Below, piece after piece: positions 1-13,402 of a DNA stretch of 64,000 bases. The DNA is taken from the NCBI GenBank assembly GCA_012295275.1, contig CM022672.1, forward strand, positions 31,620,001-31,684,000. The letters run 5' to 3'. This DNA is from Chrysomallon squamiferum (taxonomy: Eukaryota > Animalia > Mollusca). The position numbers and the translations under genes were made by a program. The notes under the pieces are model-generated. The model did no database searches. It saw nothing but the letters and a program-made list of their open reading frames with translations, and was not told the DNA's origin. Within the stretch, counting starts at the first letter, position 1; the number at the start of each line of letters is the position of its first letter.

Positions 1-874
1 TATGTTGCCTGTGGTTTTATTTTTACTGAGTGCTTTGAGAAATGTTTTTATTTTCATATCTCATTTCAAATTAGCTTTGATTTGTTTTGTTTTGACATGT
101 GTTTGCAGGTTTATACATTTATTATTTTATTTTATTTTTTAATATTTCATTTTTTTTTACATTTCATTTTGGGGCATGATGTTCTTTCCAAAAAAAAAAA
201 TTCTGTTTTATCTGGAGTTATTTCCCTTCTCTTGTTCTAAAGGTGATTGATGCATGCAGTAATTATGTAAAATTAAAAAATAAATATTTTTTACAGTTAA
301 AAAAAAAAGAAATTAGTGATAAAGTTACTGTTTATTTTAATATCTAGCAGTCTGTTGTATGACACATAATAATTTATAATTTATAAAATGCACTTTATAT
401 TTATTTTTAAATTTATTGAACTTATAAGTTTACCTATTTTATTTTAGTGCAATTTTTTTTTTTATAATTTTAATTTTTTTTTTTTTTTTGTTAATATTAA
501 AATTCCTTTTGTTTTTCATTATTATTATTATTTTCCTCTTTTTTTTCGTAATTGTTTTTATTTTAGTACATATTATTTTAATGTTGTTTTTTTCTTTTTT
601 TTACTCTTTTTGTATAAATATTATTTTAATTTCTGTGTAAATATAATTATTTAAAATCTTTGACTAAATATTATTATTTATATTTTTTATATAAATATTT
701 ATATTTTTTTTTGTGTTCTTATTATTGTATATGTTGCTCGTGTTTTTGTTTTTTTTAACCACTGTTTTTCTTTTCGTTTATAAATATATATATATATATA
801 TATATTTTTTAACTGTTATTTGTTTGTTTTTTTTTTTTTTTTTTTTTCTCTCCACGCCTTCTTACAAATATAAG

Positions 875-937
875 GGTCATGGAAAAAACTATAGTCGACT
901 TTTGCAAGACAGCTCAACTTATGGCACTTTTGCCCAG
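875..937 (+). CDS. Candidate 63-nt phase 0-0 cassette exon of STXBP1 (GHGKNYSRLLQDSSTYGTFAQ)
   Basis: Long polypyrimidine tract, AAG|GGT acceptor and strong CAG|GTGAGC donor. The frame is open and compatible with exon 4422. It is a GC-richer island in AT-rich intron. Confidence 0.5.
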
Positions 938-962
938 GTGAGCTGGTCCAGCCATTTTTATA

Positions 963-999
<37 letters not shown>

Positions 1000-1164
1000 G
1001 TCTTTTAGGTGTAGATGATTTTTTGCATTAACCTGTAGTTTCATTTCTGGTATATTTTATTCATTTTGTGTTTTTTGTTTTATTTTTCTTTTCTTTTTCT
1101 TTTTTTTGAACAGCCAGGAAAATGGCCATCTTTTGTTTCTTCTGAATTAATTTTTTTATGATTT

Positions 1165-1195
<31 letters not shown>

Positions 1196-2198
1196 TGTTT
1201 ATTGTTAATTGTTTTATTATTTATTTGTTTCTGTATCTGTTGTTGTGTTATTATTATTATTATTTTTTTATTATTATTTTTTTTAACTTGCTGTCATTTT
1301 ATTTTAGTTTCTGTAATTATGTTTTCATTTGTTTTTCTTTCTATAATTTGTTTATATTTTTTTTTTTTTTATTTTACTTTATTTTTTTTTTATATTTTTT
1401 TTTAATTATTTTTTTATTTGTTCATTTATTTTTTATTTTTTTTTTTTTTTTTTTTTTTATTTTTTTTTTTTTTTTATTTATACAGTAGCAGAGATGAGTG
1501 TGGTTTAAGAAAATAATTCAACTTTGTTGACCCTTCAGTTTCATTATTAATCTTCCTGTATCTAAATTTATCTTGTCTTTGAAACTAAAACCATTGTAAT
1601 GCACACAGACAGTGCTTCTAATGAATTTTTTGCATTTTCTGTTCAATTAATCATTTTTAAACTAATATTTTTTTCTTTTTTTTCTTTAATATTTTCATTT
1701 TAATTTATCTGCACAACTTATTTGCATTTTTATTTGACACTTTTAGTAAACTAATTATAACAAACAAAATAGAAATAAAATAATAAGATAAATAGTTATA
1801 ACTTTCTAAAATTAGTTCTCCTGGGTGAAGTAATAAAAATAGGAAAATTCTGGATTGCTTACATTTTAACTTCAGTATACCAAATAAATAGTCAGCTTAC
1901 AAATATTTTTCATCTTGGATATATATATACATATATATATAATTGTGTAATTAAAAATTGTGAATTATAAGTGAGAATAAGTGACAATTATATGTTGATA
2001 AAAAAGATTCATCTAATTCTGATAATTTGTTTTACTGTTATTTTATTCATTTATTAATTTATTTATTTATTTTTGACTTATTATTTATTTTTATTTATAT
2101 AGTATTTGTTGTGGAAATTTCGTTTTGTTTTGTTTTTTTAGTTTTTCTTTTTAAATTTAATTTTCTGTTTTTTTTCTGTTTTTTTATTATATATTTCG

Positions 2199-2258
<60 letters not shown>

Positions 2259-4004
2259 TAAATCTTTCGTAAACTTGAGGTTGTACAAGTATCAAGAACA
2301 AACAAAATATCACATTAGTCCTTCAACAGAGACACAATAAATTTTCAACATCTTGATAAATAATGTTAACATTTTAAATTTAACCTTAACCTAATTACAG
2401 TTTCCTTACAAAGTATATTTAATATTTTGATAAACTTAAAAAGAAAGAATACATCAATCATCTTAACAGAACCAATTTCTTCTGTTATGTGTGTGTCTGC
2501 TTACGTGTGCAGAAATACATATATATATATACATATATGTATTTTTTTTTTTTTTTATATGTCCATTGTTTTTAGTTTTAATACTTTTTTTTTTATTTTG
2601 GATTATTCTGTTTTGATTCTATGTTTTATAAAGCAAAATTTAATACTTTTTCTATTTTTATTTTTATGACAAACTAACATTTATTAAAAAAAAAAAATGT
2701 GACTCCTCTCTGCTATTGTAATAAAGAAAAAGTATGTATAGCTACAGTAGAAGTGTGAAACCTTGCATGCCACAAGATTAGTTATATTTCCTTGACAGTA
2801 TATGTATATAAGTACATGTGGTATGGGGTTCCTGAATGCATATAAACATTATAGTCCATTAGCAATGTAGATGTCTTTGCATACAAGAAAACATTTTGTT
2901 CCTAGAAAAACCTTTGCTCCTATTCTTTTCTTCTTAACTACTTTTCATTGCTATTGTTTCTTTTCTTCTTTTATAAAAAAAAACAACAAACAAATGTATT
3001 CAGTGCATGTTTATTGAAGGAAAGTTGCTGTTAATGAAGTGAGAACTGTTTTCCTGTTTAATAAGTCTAACTGGGATGCATTTGCAGAATCCAGTCTTTT
3101 GCATCATCCTTGCATGTGTTTGCTTCTGTGTATGGCATGTGTTGTTACTGACTTATTTTAAACAGAGAGAGACTAACTGCTTGATTCTTCAGTACAAGAA
3201 GTTGTTGTCAGAACAACTGAAATCAGTCCATGAGCATTGGGACTTGCTGTTTTAAAAATTACCTACGAATTGCCACTTGTGTAATTATTATCAGTTCTTA
3301 CAATCCTCATCTAAATGGATCTGCAGATGCACCACAAATGAAATTTTACCTTTAAACCTTTTTGATAGCTTTTTTTTTTTTCAGGAGGATATGAATATTG
3401 AAATATTTGCTTGGTTCCCATGTTTTAGAAATTCCACTGCCCGTTTTCCCATTGCTGGGTTTTTGGGCAGCAAAAAAAAAACTTAAAAATTAATAAATTA
3501 AAAAAGATTATAAACCCATTTTCTATAAGTTGTGGTGGTTAAAATTTTTCAATCTAAACATGTATAAATTGTTACTATTTGTACTAAATTTTATTTTTAA
3601 TAATGTTTTTTCTTAACAATAAACAGCAAAAACCATTTATGTTATAAAATCTTGACTGATAAAAGATGTGTACTGAAATTCACAGGAGACAGAAAAACAT
3701 GAGACATTTGTTCCTCTTTCTCAAGTAGATATTGTTTGTGTGGTTACTAAGATTAATTATTACTAGCAGTTTTTACTAAACAAAAACCAAACAATTCTTC
3801 TGATTAATGACACTTTCATTAACTCTGGTGATAGCTGTTGATTCAAAATGACTCTTGATTCATTTTTCTGTAGTTCTTGTCTACCTTTTGGCCATAGGTA
3901 CCTCTTTCTCAATATGACGTTTATTAAAAAATATATGAACAGTTGCTATAAGTTATCGTTTTTTATATTTAAAACAGTATGATAGAAAGAAATTATACAT
4001 AGTC

Positions 4005-4042
<38 letters not shown>

Positions 4043-4421
4043 AGTAGCTTGTCAGGAGAAAAATAACTGTCAGTACTTATTAAATCATATCTTACTTTAT
4101 AGTTTAAGCAACCAGATAGTTTATGCATAATGTATGTATGTATATATATATAAAATATTAAAACATACAGTTCCTCATTGTCTTTAAAACTTGTTTTCTT
4201 GCACATTTGAAATCATTAATTAACAGAATATAAATGATTAAAATAAACAAAAACAAAACATTACTCACTTATTACTAATACACACACACTTAGATAATGG
4301 TTAAAATATGTGTGTGTGTATATATACATATAATTTTTGTTGTTTGTTTGAAGAAAGGACATCAGTCATAAACTGGACTGAGATAATAAATAAAATATTT
4401 AAAAAAAAAACATTTTTACAG

Positions 4422-4904
4422 GGAAGCAGACGCAAGGTTGCTCAGCCATACCAGCCATTTAACCGGAAAGAGAGAGTTTCAGAACACACTTACCAGATGT
4501 CTCGCTACGTCCCTTACCTCAAAGATATCCTAGAGGTGGGTATTGTGTCTCAGTATATTTATACCTCAAAGATATCCATAGATTTATTTATCTCAAAGAT
4601 ATCCTAGAGGTGGGTATTGTGTCTCAGTAATGCAGTAGATTTATACCTCAAAGATATCCTAGAGGTGAGTGATACCACAGATTTGTAATAATATAAAGAT
4701 ATCTTAGAGGTGGATATTGTTTCTCTTTGAGACCCCATTATTATTATTATTATTATTATTATAACTTATTTTCTGAGAGCAATTCTAGATAAAATTCCAT
4801 TTTTTTTCTCTGAAAAAAAAAAAGAACAAGCTGAATATATTCTTAAAATTATGATTACCTTTTTAATCTAGGTGTTCACACTCACATTCATATATAGTGA
4901 CAAG

Positions 4905-4995
<91 letters not shown>

Positions 4996-5125
4996 ATGTT
5001 TATGTATTGTTATTTGTTTTTCTATTCAGCTTGGTGTCAGTGAGAATCTCAATGCTAACCAGTTTCCCTACCTACCTGTCTGTGTGTGTGTGTCTGTCTG
5101 TCTGTCTGTGAGTGTCTGTGTGTGA

Positions 5126-5162
<37 letters not shown>

Positions 5163-5248
5163 TGTGTGTGTAGTGCTATGTTTATGTATTATTTGTTTTT
5201 CTATTCAGCTTGGTGTCAGTGAGAATCTCAATGCTAATCAGTTTCCCT

Positions 5249-5347
<99 letters not shown>

Positions 5348-5679
5348 GCTATGTTTCTGTATTATTTATTTGTTTTTCTATTCAGCTTGGTGTCAGTGAG
5401 AATCTCAATGCTAACCAGTTTCCCTACCTGTCTGGAGGTGCATCCAGAGCTGCATACAATGCTGGGGCTCGCAGGTCAGTAATAACAAAATAACAATAGT
5501 AATAACAATAACAATAACAATACAATATTAATAACAATAACAATAGTACTAATAATAGTAATAATAATAACAATAATAATAACAACTACAATAATAATAA
5601 TAATAACAATAGTAATAGTAATAGTTGAAGCCAAAACAATAACAATAATAATAACAATAACAATAACTACAATAATAAC

Positions 5680-5716
<37 letters not shown>

Positions 5717-7431
5717 TTAATAATAAAAACAACAATAATAATAATAATAGATATAATAACCGAATATTATAATAATATTAATAATAATAATAATAATAAT
5801 CATAATAATAGTAGTAGTAGTAGTAGTCATAACTGTAATAGTAATAATAACAACGATAAAGTAATTGTTACGGCAAAAGGATGGAAACTGCATTTTGTTA
5901 TAAAAAAAATTATTTCCACAGATTTCAGAAGCTATTGAATTTTCTTCTGTTGTGTGGGTGTGTGTGTGGGTGTGTGGGTGGGTGTATGGGTGGCTTGGTC
6001 AGTGGTTGGGTGGGTATGGATGTTTAAGCATTACTAGAGTTACAGTATAATAATAATAATAACAATAGTAATAACAACAATAGTAATAACAGAATTTCAT
6101 TAAAAATAGTAATTGAAAAATAATAAGTATAAATAAATAAAGTATACATTTTTTTTTTTTTTTTTTTTTTTTATTACTTTACTTTAACACTTTTTATTTG
6201 TCATATCATGTTTTTGTTTTTGTTTTTTGTTTCTTTTAGTCAGGTTGTAAGGCCGTTAAGGTATTGAAAAAACTGAAACTCCCAAAATATATACCAGAGA
6301 ATGTACATGATAAATAAAGGGTTGTTCACACTGTACGACAAAGTTTAACGTAACATAACAGAACTGAAGTTCATAGTTCAAACGTCACATTTTATTTCAT
6401 TTCAATCTGTTATTACAAAAAAAAAAAAATCATTTTAAATTCTGATCAAGATGTTTTCTTTAAGTGAAAACCTGTCCTTTATTTTTATTTTTGTTTTATA
6501 CCTTATATGATTATTCTAAAAGGAATTTTTTTTATTATTGTTATTTATTTTTTTGATGCCAGTCCATAATTGTGTATTGGTTCATTGAGAAGTTTGTTGA
6601 TTTGGGGTGTAACTTCGTCGTTTCAAAACATTGTTAATATTATATTGCAGCTGATGCTGTTGTTTCTTTTTTTCATGGTATAATATTGTTGTGCATTAGT
6701 AACTAAAAATAAAAATATAATAAATAGCCCAATATGAATAACAGCAGCAGTAAGAACAATCTTTTAAAAATATCTTGTCGTATAATGTCAGACCTCACCC
6801 TGGTTTTTGTTCCTTTTCATGTACATTTTCACTCACAGCTTTTCACACAAAAATCATGTTTTTAATTTTATATCTCAGTTAATCTCAGTTAATCTGAGTT
6901 AATCTGAGAATAAACTGAGAAATGAATTGTTAAAAAAAAAAGAATTATGATTTGTTGTTGTATTTTATTGTTTTGTTTTCATTTGAATTTTTATTTATAT
7001 ATCTATATTGTTTATTTTTATATTTATTTATTTATTTATTTATTTATTTATATTTGTTCTTTTTTTGTTATTGTGTTTTGTTCTGTTATTGATATTTTTT
7101 TATTAATATAGTCATAAAATTTCTTTATGTTAAATACTAACGTGAATTTATATATATATATTTTTTTTTATTTATATAAATATTCTGAATTCTCTATCAC
7201 ATAATATTATTACAATTTAATAAAAACTGTTTAAAGACAGTTAATAAAAAAAAAAAAGTTTATTACTTTATAAATGTGTATTTAATTTCTGTTAACTTGT
7301 CTGATTCCTGAAACCTGGGCTTAGTTCCTTGATCAATGCAAAATATAAATTAGACCATTTGTTAAAATTAAACAATTTCAAACTGTGTAACATCACTGTT
7401 GAGAATTTCCAAAGCTTACTATCCAGTTCAT

Positions 7432-7490
<59 letters not shown>

Positions 7491-7753
7491 AAATAAAGCA
7501 CACATGCATTCATTCCTTCCCAGCTTAGTACATCTTTATTACTACCGTTTATTTGCAAACAATTTCCTCAGACCTAAGTTAGATAACTCTACAGTAAGTT
7601 ACTTACAAGCACTAGATTTTATAACAAAGAAACTATGAAGGTTGGTGATTTCTTATTTGATAATTTTATTTTTGTTATATTTTGTTAATTATATACAAAG
7701 TTTTTTTTCCTTGTAAAAGATTCTCATGTCTCTTTAAGTAACCAGTGAATGAA

Positions 7754-7816
<63 letters not shown>

Positions 7817-9071
7817 TTTACAGTTTTTAACTACTAGTTATAGTTTATTAACAAAATAAAAAGTACAAATAAGTAATGAAACATTAATATATGTTTCCTT
7901 TCAGCAATTTGAAAAAACAATATAAAACAAAGTTGTTGCTTGATTTCCATGATCCATATGGTTTTCCTGCTTTTTGGGAAACTTCATAAAGCATTTTATA
8001 ATAGAAAATGTTCATTAATTCTCTACTTTATTTTAACAAGGGTTTAATTCTAATTTAAAAATTGTTTGTTTCATTTTTAACAGTTGTTTGTCTAATTTTA
8101 ATAATTGTTTATTTCAAATGTTAACAGTTGTATATTTCTAGTCTTAAAATTTTGGTCTAATTTTAACAGTTGTCTGTTTCTAGCTTAACAACTGTTTCTC
8201 TGTTTCCTAAGAAATGTTTATTTATTTTTGACAAGTTGTTTATATCTAGATTTTACAATTGTTTGTCTAATTTTAACAAATGTTTATTTCTTGTTTTAAT
8301 AATTAGTTTAAATTTAACAGTTGTTTATATTATTTAAAAAAAAATATATATATATTTTCTTTTTAACAATTGTTTATTTGTAGTTTTAACAACTATATCT
8401 AGTTTTAACAGTTATTTATTTATCATTTTACTGTTGTTTGGCTGATTAAAACTTGTTTAGCATTGTTTATTTCTAGTTTTAACAGTTGTTTATTTGTAAT
8501 CTGACAGTTGTTTACTTGTAATCTGACAATTGTTTACTTGTAATCTGACAGTTGTTTATCTGTAATCTGACAGTTGTCTATCTGTAATCTGTCAGTTGTC
8601 CATCTGTAATCTGACAGTTGTTTATTTGTAATCTGACAGTTGTTTACTTGTAATCTGACAGTTGTTTACTTGTAATCTGACAGTTGTTTACTTGTACTCT
8701 GACAGTGCTCGCTATGGACAGTTGGCATCAGGACTGACAGTTGTTTACTTGTACTCTGACAGTTGTCTACTTGTTGATCTGACAGTTGTTTATTTGTACT
8801 CTCGGAGTTGTTTATTTGTAATCTGACAGTTGTTTATTTGTTCTCTGAGAAGTTGTTTAGGTTCTCATAGGTGTCTGTTTTTTCTCTGACAGATAGACAG
8901 ACATACAGACAGATAGAGAGAGACACACGGAGACAGACAGACAGACAGATAGAGAGATAGATAGATAGATAGATAGCTATACATAGCTAGCTAGATACAT
9001 AGATAGATAGATAGATAGATAGAGGTAGATTAAAAGATAGATATAGATAAATAAATAGGTAGGCAGATAGC

Positions 9072-9148
<77 letters not shown>

Positions 9149-9881
9149 AGAAAGATAGATATATAGATAAATAAATAGGTAGGTAGATAGATAGATTAGA
9201 TAGAAGAATAGATATAGATAAATAAATAGGTAGTTAGGAAGGTAGGTAGGTAGATAGAAAAATAAATATAGATAAATAGTTAGGTAGGTAGGTAGGTAGA
9301 TGTTATCAAACCTGTGATGGCAGACATCTTACAGTTTCCCTACAATGTTTCCTCTGTCAAAACCGTATTTTCTAGGGGAGAATGTGCACTGAAATATTTT
9401 GTGACTATACATTTCATACATTTCAGACCTATCCTTTTTTATTCATTACAGTTTATAATTAATTTCTATTTAATTTCTGACATCCGCTTTGGATTAATGA
9501 AAATCCATTATCCAAAATGCTAGTCGCCAGAAACTTGATTCCCATTTAAAAGAAACATTTTTGTTTTTCATGCTCATAAATAGAACTAAAGTCAGTAAAC
9601 AGATTTGAATTAAACAAACATTATCTGATGTGTTACAGAAGTATATTCCATTGTTACAGTTTTTAATTAAAAAAAATTTTACTTACAGAAGTATTCCATG
9701 TTTCTATCTGTAACAAAAGATTATTTATTTTCCAGGAGCTGTGCATATTGTATTCCATGTTTCAATCACTTTAACAAAAGTTATTATTGTATATTATTTT
9801 TTTATTTCAGGGGCTACGCATGTTTTAACGCCCGAGGGATTTCTCAGCGATCTGCGAGACCTGACAAACATTCCAAGCTAA
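4422..9881 (+). CDS. STXBP1: Syntaxin-binding protein 1 / Munc18-1 / Rop (Sec1 family), 3' exons; 5' part lies outside the window
   Basis: Exon 4422-4535 (AG|GSRRKVAQPYQPFNRKERVSEHTYQMSRYVPYLKDILE|GT). Exon 5386-5474 (LGVSENLNANQFPYLSGGASRAAYNAGAR-S, phase 2). Fragment at 8706-8734 (S-ARYGQ.WHQD). Last exon 9811-9881 (G-ATHVLTPEGFLSDLRDLTNIPS*). These match Munc18 motifs RKER..E.TYQ.SRW.P..KDIME, SARYG.WH and GSTHILTP. Confidence 0.9.
8480..8850. repeat. 21-bp minisatellite (TGTAATCTGACAGTTGTTTAC)n enclosing a STXBP1 exon fragment
   Basis: Directly visible tandem units, with degenerate TTTTAACAGTTGTTT units from about 8060. Confidence 0.9.
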
Positions 9882-11094
9882 GTGACGAGGAATTCAGGAC
9901 ATTATTAGACATTTTTATTAGACCACTGAGTGTTGTTTATAAAAAAAGCTTTTTGTAACCATAGTAACTACGCTGTCAACTGGGACACTTGTGTTAGAAA
10001 ATACAAGATGTCCGCCGTTCTCGGAGATGTGGATATTAATAAAAATAATTACAGATTTAAAATCATTAACGATGATTATTATTTAAGAAAGTTATTGACG
10101 TTTTTTTATAATGTTGAAGTAACAGTTTATATGTCTGCATGTGAATTAGTTAAATCTAATCATGTTAGGAAATTGAATATATTTGAGCTGGCTATAATAA
10201 TGTCACCTTTACTCTGTCAAAAGTATGTGATGTTAGATAGTTCTGTTCATTTGAATCCTCAGAAACACAAACTGAATTAATTCACGAGTACTACAAGTTA
10301 GGCAAAGCAGATCCTGAATTTTTAGGTTTCACCTGCTGTTGTTGTTGTTGCTGTTGTTTGGATAATATCATCACCATTGAAGTAACTTCAGTAACAACTG
10401 TTTTTTAAACTCACCTTTGTTCATGCTAAAGAAACTTCAAATAATAATCATATTTAATTTAAAATATTGTATTTGTTTTGTTGTTCTTTTCTCATAAAAG
10501 TAGATGATTAAAAAATAATCTTTGATTCTCAGATTCATCATTATCACCAAACCGTGTGTTTTGAAACTGTCTTCAAAGTTGATGGTTAATTGTTCTAGTG
10601 CTATTGGTATTCACTGATATATATATATATATATTAAAATTTTTGATTTATTTTATATGTTCTGCATTACAAAACAGATCATGGAACATTAATGTACTGC
10701 AGAATCGCAGAATGCTCAACATCTGTCAAGTCGAGAATTCTGCACAAAGATACTGTAATGAAACCAAAGTGTGCAAATCATTGCCGCGTTTATACTTTGT
10801 TTTTATTGAAGCTGAACTAATTCGGTTCAAATTTTGTTGTAGTTTATGTACTGAAGTTGAAGCCAAAACTTTCACAATTACTTTGGCTTCATTAGCTGGT
10901 TTCAGAAAATCAGTTCTGTAGACACTTCTGTGGATCTTTAGTGATTTGAGCTGCTTCAAGTAATCTTTAAGATGATCACTTCTAGCCATGTACAAAAATT
11001 CAATACACATCTGTGATTGTTTAGTAAATTAAATTAATATTTCAGCTACTGTAAATGTGTTCTTGGAGGTCTTAATGTTTGTATCATGTTTGTT

Positions 11095-11133
<39 letters not shown>

Positions 11134-13402
11134 GGATATTTCAACTATGCCTCACACTGATTCAAACATCTTGATAGTTTATTGATAAAAATATTTCTTG
11201 TAACAGAAAGAAGTTCTGTTCTTAACATTTTATAGCTTTATATTCTTTACTGTATTAATATCTATTTTATTTTTTTTTTTTTTTTTTTTAATATTATTAA
11301 TTATTTTGAAATAATAAAATAATGATTCACTGCTAGTCAGTAGGTAATTTTACATGTAAAGTACACACCTGCTAGCAGTTAACTTTTAGTTTTTCATAAA
11401 TAAATACAGTTTATAGCCAAATATCATTAACAGTTAATCTTAACTTCCCGACAATTTCCTTTAAATCAAATAACAAAACCTAATTTCCATCTTCATTCTA
11501 ACATTAACTGATGTAAATAAGGAAAAATCAGCCCAGAGCATCATGGGAAATATTTAATTAATTGGATATTTGTGAAGTCTGGATCAGTTGCACAATTACA
11601 GATAGTTGTAAAATGGCAGATAGGCCACCAGGTGTAAGTAAAAAAGAACCTTCTTCTCAAGTTTATTATATTTGGCATTCCACATTTTTCAGTCAGGAAC
11701 CTCTTGTTTGATTATGTGCAATATTTCACAAGTGTGATCCTATTTTATATATATATATATATTTGTTTGAGTTGTTGTAAATATTACCTGTATCCACAGT
11801 TTGAGATGTACCTGAATACCTGATCAAGCCTGCCAGTGACTAGATATTTTTAATTCTTTATTTATTTTTTTTGTTATTCAGTTTTTGTTTTTTTCAATCA
11901 TTAAAGATTTACTGTTTATGGAAACAAATATTTATTTTAAAGTTACTGCCAGTTAATAAGGCTTTTGTTATATTCAGATGTGAACTTGAGTTATATCATC
12001 TATCAGTATTACATCCTTTCAACATTATTATTGTTTTTTTTATTTATTTATTTATTTATTTTTGGTAGTCAGTGTAGAAAGTGTATTGTAAATTATTTAG
12101 TGCAATTTCTCATTCAACACACTGTTCTGTTTTCAATGTGCTTGTATGATTTTCTTAGTTAAATGTTTTGTAAATTTGTTTATTTTAGTACATTATCCAT
12201 TTATTTTCAGGTTAAAAAAGTACAGCATTTTTTTTTTCATTATTTTTAATGAAGATCAATAATTAATGTTCATAATTACAAAAAGGCATTAATTATAGCC
12301 TTTCTTTTTAATTTTTTGTTTTTTTTATCGTGCAATGTTTAGCTTTAAGGTGTATTTACCATTTTCATAATTAGTTGTTTTTTTTTAAATAAACAAGAGA
12401 ACATTAAAGTTTTGTTACAAATTTAAAACTTGCATCATCATTTCAACATCAGAGATTAAATGGGACCAATCCATGTTTTTAATCATCTTACATGATTTCT
12501 TTTCTCTCATTTTATTTAACTGTATTAAAAGAACTTACCCACTAGTGTACAGTTTTGTTCTTCGAAGAACAAGTATTCGTATGTAACTGTATGACTAACC
12601 TAGAAATAAATTCTCTATCTAGACGTCAATTTTGTTTTCATTTGTAGACATTTTTAAAACTGTTTATTTAAAAACTAGCTCATCTGGATACCAACCCAGG
12701 ATAGTTAATTTTTAAATATTCATTTCAGTTAGAAAAAATATCTCCTCCCATTGGACATATTCCTTTACACCAGCAGATTTTATATGCAGGTTTCAGTTAC
12801 TTTTACCTCATGGATAGGGGATTGGTGACAAGTTGGGGAAAAGGAAAAAAAATGTGCACAGACAATTGCAAAAATACCACAATCAATGTTGAAAGCAGTT
12901 GATACATATTAATTCAGCAACATCACCGATTTAAAAAAAATGGGAAATTTTGTTCATTTAGCAATATGGCTTTTTTTTTTTTTTTTTTTGGACCTAGTCC
13001 CAGTAAAATGTAGATGAACTGTCAAAAGAATGCTACTGCTGAATGTCAGTGTAGCTAGCAAAATAACGAAATCTAGTTTATAACAATTTTTATCAGTCTA
13101 GTAATAACTAATGCCCAGATAATGAATACTTTGACTAAGACATTTCTAATCTGTATTTAGGTGCTTTCAAGTCGGCCTAATAATTTCTGTTTTAGTTACT
13201 GTTACAAATCCTAATAAACAGATCTGAAAGTGAATCCATTAATATCAACAAATTCGGAGAGAATCTTTAGAAAACGGTGAGAAAAGCTGTTTTTGCTTTA
13301 TTTTTGTTGTGAACGTTCAACCAACAAAAAAAAATTAACTTCACAAAAATGTAATTTTTTTTAATTTTTTTTTTTTTATTGTTTTTTTTTTTTTTATTTC
13401 AG

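Noticed and set aside
1480-1515. CAG-TAG-CAG acceptor-like site after a long T-rich tract, a possible microexon
   Set aside because: No convincing donor or frame-preserving exon could be defined.
9930-11010. ORFs of 94-116 aa downstream of the STXBP1 stop
   Set aside because: No recognisable homology or splice structure; most likely STXBP1 3'UTR.
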